Positions 24,451 through 35,809 of a stretch of DNA of 55,508 nucleotides are shown here, piece by piece. The stretch is from Octopus bimaculoides (taxonomy: Eukaryota), in contig NC_068981.1 in the NCBI RefSeq assembly GCF_001194135.2, forward strand, positions 114,593,638-114,649,145, read 5' to 3'. The number at the start of each line of letters is the position of its first letter. Position 1 is the first letter of the stretch. A program made the translations under genes and the position numbers. The notes below the pieces were generated by a model. The model had not been told where the DNA came from. It saw only the letters and a list, made by a program, of their open reading frames with translations, and searched no databases.

Positions 24451-25689
24451 GAAACAATAGCATGATAAACCCTTTTATTACTATATTTCTGTTGAAATAT
24501 GCAACTTTCAATAATTAATCTTAAAAATAATAAAGAATTTAGTAAAAAAACTTATTATCAAGCTGGTATTTGGAACATAGTAAACTTTGATATGATCAAT
24601 TCAAATATGAATTAGAAGCAGTTCTAGTGTTGCAAACATTACCAAACATACAGAATCAATGTATGTGCTTTGCTTGTTCTCCACCACACCAAATTGCAGC
24701 CTATTGGTGAACAAGTAACGCACACACATTGAGTATGTGTGTTGGATAGGATGTTTTTAGATCATTTTAAAACAGTCAGCTTGTCTCATAGAACCAGGAG
24801 GGGTTTTAGGTGGGTTGGTACCAAAAGGGTTAAACTAGCCATTTTAAAATTATAAATATACCAGTTATAAAAGAAATATGAACTGTATATAATATTACGT
24901 GCACAATATATGAAACAGATAAAATTACTTATCAATCTCAAAATTAATTTTATCATAATTTCATTTTTAGGAGAAGATAGTAACTTTTTAGAAATTTTAT
25001 CTCAACTTAATAGACTATTAATACTTACAGTCCCTGGGTTAAATTATTCAGAAAAACCAACATAATTATTTCTAATGCTAAAGTGTTGGTCAGCTGAAAT
25101 CTAGATGAAAAATGTTGTTTTCCTTCTAATTAGCTCCTCTCTTAAAGAGAACTAACTTAGAAAGATTTGCTCTTTATCTTTAATGCAAAATTTGATATTT
25201 GATAAAACTATTTCTCTCTTTTGTTTTTAAATCTACATATGTATTTATTTTATATTTTTAATTAATCATTAGTCTTTGGCATTTATTATAAGCAAAGTAT
25301 CATCAAAAGTTGTGTCAGTCTGGAGTCATTATATTAACTAAATGTTATATTATGTGAATATGTGTGTAAAATGTATGATAGTTGACATAGAGAATTTAGT
25401 CTCTCTCTATCACCTTTCAACAGCATTTTATATATGAAGAGACATCAGAACAATTAATAACATAATAAAAAGGTTTTATTTATGATGATACTTGGTTATA
25501 CAATTCCTGTCATTCAGCTTAGCAGCCGCTGGTTATGTTGTAGTTGGTATTGGAAGGTTAAGGGCTTCCTTGATGCCTGCCAGAGAACAGTGTAAAAGTG
25601 CTTCGTGGAGGAGCGAGGTGTTGTTACGTAGAAGGTCTCAGCTCAACTCGCTTAACAAAGTGAAACTCTCTCTTTAAGTACGAGTTTTA

Positions 25690-25770
25690 CTACGCATGCG
25701 CAACTCGAGGGGCTTCCGGTGGTGAAGTCCCCTGCCATGCGCAGAATAGTACTTCCTCAATGGCGGCTAT
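25690..25770. promoter_or_regulatory. Putative (bidirectional?) core promoter
   Basis: In a CpG-enriched non-repeat island: NRF1-type CGCATGCGCA (25693-25702) and CATGCGCA (25736-25743), ETS-type CTTCCGG (25713-25719) and ACTTCC (25751-25756), YY1-type AATGGCGGC (25759-25767); motif match only, no expression data. Confidence 0.6.
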
Positions 25771-26764
25771 AATTTCGTGCTACCACATGTGTATGTATCT
25801 ATAGATATCATGTCCTTATATATTGGGTGCATCAAATAGTGAATGTAACTTTAACAGGGCCATCAGTGGATGATGATAACTTTGATACTGTGGCATGCAC
25901 CAAACTGAATGTGAATGCTGTTATTTCTTTAGGGAATGGGGTATATTGTAGTTTTGTCTGTTTAGAGTTTTTGCTTTTTCTTGTGATATGCTTTATTTTC
26001 AGTTTCTATGTGTGGGTATATGTGTGTGTATGTACGTGTGTGTGTGTGTGTGTGTGTATTGAAGGGTAACTTTTCATGAAATTTGATTTCGTGACTTGGT
26101 CTTGATCACCACTTGTTTCATATAACGAAGAAAAAATATGAATGCAACAGCCTATTATCTATAATTTTGTTTTCTATCTAACCAAGAAATCGTTTTCATA
26201 ATTATCATAACCAATATTGTTATTAACATATTAGAAGGAGTGATTACATGGTCATTTAGGTAGAGCAGCGGACTGAGTAGCTTGTATTCTGTCTCATTCC
26301 TTTACATTTACATTATATTACGTTTCAATTTTAATAGTGTCAACTTATTTCATCCCTCTTTGTTCAATACAGTTAGGATCAGTAAAGTACTGGTTGGATA
26401 CAAGTGTCTATGATGCTGCCATCAGGGATTGTCACATTCTGTCTATGTTAGGAAACATTATCATTAGAAATGTGCCTGAGTTATGAGTGAAATGTTGAAT
26501 TAAATCAGTATTAATAGGTTGTGCAATTGGACACTATCATGGTTGATTTAACTCATCAAAAAATTTAAAAAATAATTATAGTTATTAATATAGATAATCA
26601 AAATTCTCTTGAAATACAAGAGGTGAGTGGATAAGGTATGAAACTAATTGGTCAAATGTTCACATTTTGCTACAAGAACTGTACTGCAAATCCAAACAGT
26701 GATAAAAACATCTGATCATTACAATGTTGTTTTTAAAAAATGTTTATGCTTTATTAGAAAAAAA

Positions 26765-29700
26765 GAAATAAAATGTTTAAACGGAGACATGTAGATTTGT
26801 ACTGCATCCAAGAAGTAAGGTGGAGAGGAAGTTCTGCTAGGTTCCTCACAGGCAAAGAACATAGGTATAACATTTTCTGAGCTGGGGAGTGAGTATACTT
26901 CTTGTGAAGAAATGGGTTGATAAGGTAATTGAGGTTGTCAGAGTCTGTGATAGAATACTTAAGATTAGATTAGTGCTGCAACATGGGTTAGCAACTATTA
27001 TCTCGGCTTATACCCCTCAGCCAGGGCTACCTGATGAACAGAAAGACCAATTTTATGACACCCTCTTGCAGACTACCTCGTCAACAAATGACAGGGACTT
27101 TCTCTTTGTGGCTTATGGAGAAGAAGGATCTGGAAGCTTAAGGGTTCTGCGAATGGACAGAGATTTAGAAACATATTACTTGAACTTTTGACGAAATAGA
27201 GGGGTATATAGCATCCTATGATGTAGAAGATAACTGGCGGTTCCTATGGGACAACCTGTTGAGAGCTACTGACCAGATCTGTGGGTGGTGCAAAGTCCCC
27301 TCTCGACCCAAGGTAACATAATGGTGGTACAATGTATTTGACAGGGCCATTAGGGAAACGAAACAGACATGGAAGGACTGGAAGAACAGTGGTAGCAGGA
27401 AATTGTACCATGTTGCCAGAAAGGGAGCTAGGAGACAGGTTTACTTAGCCAGAGGGGAAGCAGATAAGAAAAAATTTGCCAATGTTCTGTGTCGTGAGGA
27501 CCAAATACTTCAAGTATTTCGTGTTGCAAGACAGTCTGTAAAAGAGAATCATGGTGTCATTGGAGAGAAATGTGTCCACATGGATGATGGCTCACTTGCA
27601 GTTAATGAAGCTGCAAAGAGAGCAACTTGGAGATGCCACTATGAAAGGTTGCTAAATGAAGAGAATGAATGGGAGAAGGAGAGTCTGCCAAATGTTGACC
27701 CAACAGAGGGACCAGCTATCCTAATTGACCGTACCTTGGTAGATAAAGAAATTAAGGGTATGAAGAATGGGAAAGCCCCCAGCCCATCAGGAATCACCAC
27801 AGAGATGCTTAGAATATCTGGTGGTGTTGGCTATAGTCTAGTCTTCCATATAGTCAATCAGGTGATACATGCAGGAGTCTGACTGATGTAATAGCACTGT
27901 ACTCGACTGCTACAAATGTAAAGGTGATGCATTAGATGCAAATAATTACAGAGGTATCAAGTTGTTGGATCAGGTAATGAAAGTCAATGCCCAACTAATT
28001 AGGGACTAAGTCAGTTTAGACGAGATGCAGTGTGGGTTTGTGCCAGGGAGAAGCGCCACTGATGCTATATTTCTGGTAAGACAGCTGCAGGAGAAATACC
28101 TAGCCAAAGATAAACCTCTCTACCTGGTTTTTGTTGAAATGGAAAAAGCCTTTGACTGAGTCCCTTATCTAGTAGTCAATGTGGAAACTAGGGATAAATG
28201 AGTGGTTAGTGAGAGCTGTACAAGTAATGTACAGGGAGGCTGTCAGTAAGTTGAGGGTTGGCAAAGAGTACAGTGAAGAATTATCGGGTAGGGTAGGGTA
28301 GGGGTAGGGTAGGGGTCCATCAAGGATCAGTCCTTAGCCCCCTCTTATTTATTATAGTCCTCCAGACAATAACAGGAATTCAAGACAAGATGCCCCTGGG
28401 AGCTTCTCTATGCTGATGACCTTGCCCTAATAGCTGAGTCACTGTCAGAACTACAGAAGTTTCAGGTGTGGAAGCAAGGTCTAGGATCGAAGGGCCTTAG
28501 AGTCAATCTAGCAAAAACCAAAGTCTTAATAAGTAGGAAGGCAGACAAATCACAAATCCCTTCAGATAGATGGCCCTGCTCAATCTGTAGAAAAGGTGTA
28601 GGTAAAAACTCCATAAGATGTAGCTGGTGTAAGCTATGGACACATAAAAGGTGCAGCAATATCAAAGGAAGGCTAACTGGGATGATAGTTTTTATGTGTG
28701 GCAGATGCACAGGGGTAATAAGCACTGAAAATGTGCAGAAAACAGCTTCCATCACATTCCAGGTGGAAAAACTACAAGTAGTTGATACCTTCCGTTACCT
28801 AGATGACCAAGTCAGTAGTGGGGGTGGATGCTCTGAGAGTATAGCTGCTAGAATAAGAATAGCTCGGGCAAAGTTCAGAGAGCTCCCACTTCTGTTAGTG
28901 ACAAAGGGCCTCTCACTCAGAGTAAAAGGTAGACTTTATGATGCATGTGTGTGAACAGCCATACTACATGGTTGTGAAACATGGGCTGTGACTGCAGAGG
29001 ACATGCATAAGCTTGCAAGGAAAGAAGCTAGTATTCTCCGCTGGATGTGTAATATCAGTGTGCATACATGACAGAGGGTAAGCACCCTGAGAGAAAAGTT
29101 GGACATAACCAGAATCAGATGTGGTGTGCAAGAGAGACAATTGCACTGGTATGGTCATGTGTTGCATATGGATGAGGACAGCTGTGTGAAAAAGTGTCAC
29201 ACCCTAGCAGTAGAAGGGAACCTGTGGAAGAGGTAGACACAGGAGGACCTGGGATGACGTGGTGAAGCACGACTTTCAAACGTTGGGCCTCACGGGGGTG
29301 ATGACAAGTTACCGAGACCTTTGGAGATATGCTGTACTTGAGAAGACCCTGCAAGCCAAGTGTGACTGTAACCGTGGCCTATGCCAGTGCAGCATAACCA
29401 GCCCATTTAAGAGTACCCTTCAATCATTGGGCAATAAACTGCACTTATGAAGACCTTTTGAGTCAAGTGAAATCGTTGTCATAACCAATGACAGTACTAT
29501 CCGATTGGCACCTGTGCCGGTGGCACATAGAAAGCACCATTCGAGCATGAACAATGCCAATGCCACCTGACTGGTCCCGTACCAGTGGCACGGAAAAAGC
29601 ACCATTCAAGTGTGATTGTTGCCAGTGCCACCTGACTGGCTCCCTTTGCTGGTGGCATGTAAACAGTACCATTCAAGTGTGGTCAATGCCAGTGCCGCCT

Positions 29701-30000
29701 GACTGATCCTGTGCTGGTGGCATGTAAAAAGCACCATTCGAGTGTGATCATTGCCAATGCTGCCTGACTAGCTCCTGTGCCGGTGGCATGTAGAAAGCAC
29801 CATTCAAGCTTGGTTGATGCCAGTACCATCTGACTTGCCCCCATGCCAGTGGCACATAAAAAGCACCCAATATACTCTCAGAGTGGTTGGCGTTAGATCA
29901 GATTGGAACCTGGTGCAGCCTTCTGGCTTGCCAGCCCTTAGTCAGCCCATGCCAGCATGGAAAGTGGACGTTAAACGACGATGATGATGATGATGATGAT
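26765..30000 (+). mobile_element. Near full-length RTE LINE (APE + RT + 3' UTR with ~6 VNTR units), inactivated
   Basis: APE: CIQEVRWRG, RILKIRLVL..., ISAYTPQPGL; RT: KAPSPSGI, NYRGIKLL, FVEMEKAFD, HQGSVLSPLLF, LLYADDL; C-terminus GRGRHRRTWDDVVKHD; 58-bp units 29510-29860; (GAT)n end; multiple stops. Confidence 0.95.
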
Positions 30001-30238
30001 GTTACACATCTCATCATTATTATTATTAATACTTCAGACATCAACTGAAGATTTTTTTACCCAGCAGCTGTCCCTTAAAAAAGTGTCTATCATAGTGGTT
30101 TACTTAATTATTTTCCTCTTTTATTGTTTTGTTATTTACTTACTGGAAAAATTCAAAAAGAAACATATATAATGGTATCAAATAAACTCAGGAAAATGTT
30201 GAATTGAAATTCTTGTAATATTTTTATTGATGTCTGGT

Positions 30239-30305
30239 TTATTTGTCTTCAATCTTTGATTTACAGTTTGGGCAAACAAAGTCTGGATTCCTCTTGAGAC
30301 ATCTC
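30239..30305 (-). CDS. DEF8-like terminal exon: (R)RCLKRNPDFVCPNCKSKIEDK*
   Basis: Acceptor cacttcttccag, phase 2; final C...CPxC of the RH domain; TAA at 30241-30239; AATAAA on minus at 30228-30223 and 30125-30120. Confidence 0.92.
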
Positions 30306-31001
30306 CTGGAAGAAGTGCACATTAGAATTAATAGGTTGTGTATGGTTCTTTAGCATGTAATTATATTTGATATTCATTTAAAATTTCATCTTTATCCTCC
30401 TTTGAACTCTGTTATAGTACAATAACAATTTAGAGTATGAAGTTTAGACATTTTATGTAGTGACTCTGGGCATCTACCTCAGTTCTCCTGTCCCACAAAC
30501 ATATTTCACTCTCATAATATGGCTGTGGATATTTGCTCCAATAGTATTTAAATGACTGAATTGCAAAACTATACAATTCTACCTATGCTAGAATAGGAAA
30601 ATGGATGTGAAATACTCAGGAAATCATGAATTTTTATGCCAAAGAAATGAATTGACAAAGGAAAGAAAAATAGAAAATCAAGAACACAAAATATTTGTAT
30701 CCTGTCCTCATTAATAAACCCAAATAAAAACAACAAATAAATTTCATTACAAAAGTATTTCTTTTTACCTACAGAAACACTGAAATCTTGTAACTATGTA
30801 AGAAATTAATACATCTTATTTTGTAAGATTTCATAGTTATATTTCAGGATATTCATTTTTTTTTTTTTTTGCCAAATAAACACATGCACTATATAGTTGT
30901 TCTTCACTTCAGCTTTGGTATTATTCTTATTTTAGTGTGCTTTGTCTGAAATCTTTCATCACACATCCTGTGATCTCTTCAGCGTCTCTACATCCCATGA
31001 A

Positions 31002-31057
<56 letters not shown>

Positions 31058-31071
31058 TTAAATAATAATAA

Positions 31072-31312
31072 TATTAAAAAATACTCAGACAAATACATAA
31101 CAAAAATACCAGGACTTACAAATATATGTAACATACAGAAAATTGCACTACTGGGTACTGCACACATTCTACGCAAAACACTTTCAATACAGTAAACATA
31201 AAAGCACCACAGCAAACCACAGCACATACCCAAGGTGCACAGAGCTGCGCTCGGTAGTGAAGTGAAAGCACGTTATAAAAATAAAACTACTGAACAATAA
31301 TAATAATAATAA
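31072..31312 (+). mobile_element. R4/Dong-like LINE 3' end embedded in (AAT)n
   Basis: IQKIALLGTAHILRKTLSIQ* plus 3' UTR; (AAT)n on both sides. Confidence 0.8.
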
Positions 31313-31518
31313 TACAGCTGAAGTGAAGATCAAATATATAGTGCAAGTGTTTAATTGGCAAAATATGACCATCCCTAATCATAACAATATCTGTTTCAAC
31401 ACACAATTTCACACCAGGTCTCTTGCAAAACAAGTACATAAATGTAACAATATTTCATTCTCTTGCTAAAAGTAAGACAATTCTCTTCTTCCTCAAAATA
31501 AAAATGAAAACTGCTAAC

Positions 31519-31673
31519 CTATGAACACAAACTGGAAATGTACATTCTTCATTTGGACATTTAATGACACTATTTTCAAAAGGATAGAGAACATCTTCAA
31601 ATTCTTTATTTATTTCACTGTCTGGTGAAGCTGGGCAACAGATGGCACAACTGTAAGATTTACTAATACAAGT
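31519..31673 (-). CDS. DEF8-like exon: TCISKSYSCAICCPASPDSEINKEFEDVLYPFENSVIKCPNEECTFPVCVH(R)
   Basis: Acceptor ttcctgcatttcag, donor AG|GTTAGC, phase 0 to 2; matches the RH pattern C..KGF.C..C...D.LFPF....C..C...H. Confidence 0.93.
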
Positions 31674-32099
31674 CTGAAATGCAGGAATAAAATTTAATAT
31701 AGATTTAGATTATTATTCAATATTAGCATTTTTGAACAATCTGATCAGTTGATTAGATAAACAAACTTTTTTGTCAGTAAATAAAATGCTAAATGTATTT
31801 TAATAGTAAATAGTTACTAACGTTTCACAACTGCTGCCTGGATTCCATCTACATTCAAATAGAACCTTTGCACATACCTTCCAACTTCTCAACACTTGTG
31901 AATAAACTCATTTTTAAGATTCAATCAAAGCAGCCTTATAATGACTGACTCATTTCCCCTAAGTATTTTTTCCATTACTTAAACTTTCTAGCTTTTGATT
32001 GGAAAAATTCTCCTTGTCTTTGTTTCTATAATCATGGGAGATCCCTATTGGCTATAAGCAATATTCTTTTTTAGATACAACAACAATAAAGTGAACTTG

Positions 32100-32720
32100 G
32101 CCCATCAGGTCTGGAAATAACTAAGCAAAGAGTATTGCACCTTACTCCACTCCTAACAAGAATAGTATGCTCCAAGAACCCTCAGAATTGTTTCAAATGC
32201 TAGTCTTCACCACCACTGAGGGTTTACCCCTGACAAATTTTCAAACAAAGCAAACACTGCACCTAGAATTTAGAGCCAGTAAATATTTCAGTTCCCAACA
32301 ACTACTGAACTTGTACAATACCCAAATGAAGTACTGCTCTCACATTTGGCATGGTGTTGTTGCTACATACACAGAAGTCCTAGATCACATACAAAGGGAT
32401 ACTGTTAGACTGATTGACATGACCTCTTTCACTATTACACTTCAAATTCTATCCCCAAAATGTACTCTCTCTTTTATCATCATTTTCTATGTCTCTTCTT
32501 CAGAGATTGCTGCCACCTCCACTTAGGGACCCCCAGCTCACTTGTCTCTCCCAATCCCATCATTCTTATTTATTCCACCATGGTCCATACTAACCACTAC
32601 ATACAATCCTTTCTCCATAGACTATACCAGCTTTCTAAAATTGCCTCCAGTTTACATGTTTTCTTGTAGCTATCAACCTGCAACAGTTCAAGAGAACATT
32701 AATCAGTCCTACGAATCTCA
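32100..32720 (+). mobile_element. CR1/Jockey-like LINE C-terminal fragment
   Basis: LLNLYNTQMKYCSHIW...LDHIQRDTVRLI resembles the post-RT motif LYK.QIRP.LEYCSHIW...LD.VQRRAIRLI. Confidence 0.65.
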
Positions 32721-32807
32721 GGTGGCCTAAACAAAGCTCCTTCCTTCAGAATAAATAAAAAAAATATATTCTTCTTTTAACACTGTGATCCAGTTTTGAT
32801 TACTAAC

Positions 32808-32978
32808 CTTACAGTTATGGCGAACATGTTGAATTATCTTCTCATGTGACTCAATTACAATTGGGCAAAATAAGTCTTTAGATGGGTTTTCACAGTTGAA
32901 ACACTTATAAATATCTTCAAAATTCGAAAGAGAAAAATGGAGGGGTATCTCAAGTAAATTAGGCCAACAATTTTTGAT
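32808..32978 (-). CDS. DEF8-like exon: IKNCWPNLLEIPLHFSLSNFEDIYKCFNCENPSKDLFCPIVIESHEKIIQHVRHNCK
   Basis: Acceptor ttgttctttccag, donor AAG|GTTAGT, 171 nt phase 0 to 0; ends in the RH ...HV...C motif. Confidence 0.92.
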
Positions 32979-34336
32979 CTGGAAAGAACAAAAATAAAAT
33001 AAATAATTAAAAAAGGAAAGAAAACAATGATGATTGATACAAAGTCCTGTTGTTGAACAGAAGAGGTTCAATCATTTATACCAATATCAAAACATAATTG
33101 GATATGTACTTTATCCCAATATGGAGAGATGAAAAGCTGACCTCTTTCTGATTGAAACTAAAAGTATAAAATAATAGAAGGGCATTTTGTCCCATGCTTT
33201 ACCATATCTGTTACTTCACCTTTCTGTATTAGTTCGTATCTTCTCTTACTTGGATATCTGAATTGCTCTTAATCTCAAAACCCAACCTTTATTCCTGAAT
33301 TATTATCTCTGCATTCATTGAATTGTCCCATTAGTACCTAATAGAGGAACTGTCCTGTACAGTTCTCTGATACTTCTTCAGTTAATTCTCATAGCTCTTC
33401 TACTTTTATGCCAACCACCCTTAGTGGTGAGTATGTTTCACAACCAACCAATCTGAGGCAGCTAAACAGGTGATGGAAACTATACTCTAAGGCATGTCCT
33501 TTCACATCCCTCACATAGCAAAGGCTGATAACCACCCACTCTCCAGGTTACTTACCACAGCTGTGCTGCAGGATTATGGACTGTCAGTATGACTTCTATT
33601 GAGTTAGATTTATCTGCACCTTGCTTTCCTATGTCCTTCAGCTCTGGAGAACTTCTGTGAATGTAATAACCATTTCTAATCATCTCTCAAGTCTTGGATC
33701 AGAAGCTTCTGTCAGACCTCCCTATTATAACAGGTGCTGACAGTGCAATCTCCAGTTGACATTCCATCAAATCTGATGTACCTCTAAGTTCATTAATGTC
33801 ACTCACTTCTAACTACACATACTCCTACACTATATTACTTTACCATTCTTTAACTAGTAACAGACAAGTGAAATTCACACATCGACTAAATACTTCTACC
33901 AAGCATTGCTTATAAACCTTGAGAACATCCTTCAATGAAGATATGACAACTACATTTCACTCAACAACACGAGACATATCAAGAGAACACCTCATATTCT
34001 CAGCCTCAAAATTTCTACAGATATTAGGCCTCACAATCTCTGATGGCAAACCCACATATATAACATATATCAACTACATCACAGACACTAAGATTCTTCT
34101 TTAGTTGCTATCTCTCTGCAAAGCTTATACAAGACTCACATAAACTTCCTACACAAAATCAAAATCCTCTCAACCTTTGCTCACTGTTTTCTTCTTTGTA
34201 TACAATGTAGGGACAATGAAGTAATACTTACTGTCCACCAATGTGTCAACATATCAATCATGTCCAGTTTCTTTATATAGGGTTTACTTTATTAGTTATT
34301 TATTAATAAGGCTTTGTATTAGTCATATATACTAAC

Positions 34337-34414
34337 CTTGTATAATATTCTGTCAAAAGCTTTCTTGCACTCTGGAAGATTCTCATAGTATGATATAATC
34401 TCCAGTAATATTCT
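34337..34414 (-). CDS. DEF8-like exon: RILLEIISYYENLPECKKAFDRILYK
   Basis: Acceptor gctttttcag, donor AAG|GTTAGT, 78 nt phase 0 to 0; with the previous exon aligns without gaps to DEF8 [22 protein letters not shown] (from memory). Confidence 0.88.
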
Positions 34415-34943
34415 CTGAAAAAGCAATTTGAACATTTATAGAAAATTTCCTTTTTCAAACTGCTCAGTTGATATTGCACATCATTGGTAGAGAATAAATT
34501 GAGAAGAAAAAACATTTTGATTTATGAAATTATAAGTTGGACCAGGATTTCAAACTGCCTTGTTAAACACTTATCTCTTACAAAACAGAGCTTGGTATTT
34601 ACATTAACATAAAATAAATATTTAAGAGCTTGTAATGGAAACATGAATAAATGTTGAAGAAAAAAGATAAGCATTAAGTGATTCTGGAATTAAGTGATAT
34701 ATTTCTTCTTAACCAAAATTTTGTATTTATTAATTAAAAATAAAGATAAAGATATTTTGTATTATTATAAGCCAGAAATTTAGTCTTGTCTGGTATTTGT
34801 TGTCTTAACTATACAAAGATCAAAAGCAAAGTTAATCAGGTAGAATTTGAACTCAGAATATAGGGCAATGGAAGTGAAACAAAGTTTTGTGCATAAGGTT
34901 CCATGTGTTATAATTTGTAATTCTTGTTCACCAAGGGGAAAAC

Positions 34944-35006
34944 ATATGAAGGATTTTGAATGCATGTATCTCAGGACAAGTCTTGACCAATCACATACCT
35001 ACAAAT
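34944..35006 (-). pseudogene. Partial duplicate of exon 35728-35615 (acceptor + first 18 codons)
   Basis: 63 bp, 60/63 identical to 35674-35736. Confidence 0.9.
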
Positions 35007-35614
35007 TCTCTTAGCATGTCATTTTGTAGGGTGCAATCTTCTCCATGCTAATCCTTTTTTGGATTCATTTCAACAACTAAACAGTCTTCACAGCTTACAA
35101 TAGTATGTACACATCTGCACAGTGCTTAATTAAAGTTAAACTAAATTGTTATAAATAATCTTCTTCTACGACACAATGCTGCAATACATGAGACATTATA
35201 CAATTGAGTGACCTTTGGATAAGTAGGTTTGGGGTTGGCTGCAACGCTTCATATGAATGAAATACATTTGTACCCAACATGTATCCGTAAAACGATTTCT
35301 AAGATTTCGTACAGGAAGAAGTTTTAAGTTATTACATTTTGCACATCACTATAGCCTATATAGGTGATTCATGCCTAGAATACTGATGAAAGCCGAGGTC
35401 TGAACGCTGAGAAACATCCCAGAGGCCATATATTTGTATATTCAGGGATATTGACCTATCGGCTACCCTAAGTCAGCACAACCAAAGCTTATCAGAAATA
35501 CTCAATAACAATACTAATACATTAAAAAAAACTGAAAAACAAAAGTACTGAGAATAGGAAAAATTGAGGCTTAGATTTTGGATTTGCCAAAACTCTTTTG
35601 ACTTGTCTACTTAC

Positions 35615-35728
35615 TTCAATTGATATGAGTTCCCGGTGTAGTTGTATTACGAGTGAAGAAACTTCCTCCAGTGATATGAATGATTTCGAATGCATATATC
35701 TCAGGACAAGTCTTGACCAATCACATAC
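35615..35728 (-). CDS. DEF8-like exon: VCDWSRLVLRYMHSKSFISLEEVSSLVIQLHRELISIE
   Basis: Acceptor ctgttattatttgtag, donor GAA|GTAAGT, 114 nt phase 0 to 0; aligns with DEF8 [37 protein letters not shown] (from memory). Confidence 0.92.
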
Positions 35729-35809
35729 CTACAAATAATAACAGAGCTCCATGTTATAATTTGAAATTATATATTAATGTTCTATGGTAGACACATATAG
35801 AAGGTGGAA

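Noticed and set aside
25500-25770. RNase MRP (GAAGUCCCC) or telomerase-RNA (cccttaacc) resemblance
   Set aside because: MRP conserved regions are not in the right order or spacing, and the putative template does not match TTAGGG; the motifs are better explained as promoter elements.
29510-29860. Regularly spaced palindromic repeats resembling a CRISPR array
   Set aside because: The units are contiguous and homologous along their whole length (no unique spacers), lie in a LINE 3' UTR, and there are no cas genes; eukaryotic context.
29981-30172. ORF with poly-Met start and TM-like C-terminus
   Set aside because: The start is the (GAT)n tail of an RTE and the rest is AT-rich 3' flank of the DEF8-like gene; kept only as a speculative exon under the orphan-promoter finding.
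30945-30985. Minus-strand CTGAAGA-stem-GAAA, and CTGATGAcactcGAAA at ~3878 and ~4395
   Set aside because: No valid stem III/NUH site or stem II; not hammerheads as they stand.
33200-34110. Possible CR1/L2 RT remnant (LQILGLTISDG…YINYI) and possible LINE remnants at 15330-15600 and 54060-54260
   Set aside because: Too degenerate to assign with confidence by eye.
34303-34515. ORF-track frame (…FQSARKLLTEYYTR…) as the coding frame of the 34414-34337 exon
   Set aside because: It is phase-incompatible with the neighbouring exons; the alternative frame RILLEIISYY…C fits both junctions and the RH alignment.
35370-35447. CTGATGA...GAAAC...GTA with a 5-bp stem I (hammerhead-like)
   Set aside because: Stem II lacks the closing G-C pair and stem III is only 3 bp with a long loop; compatible with chance.
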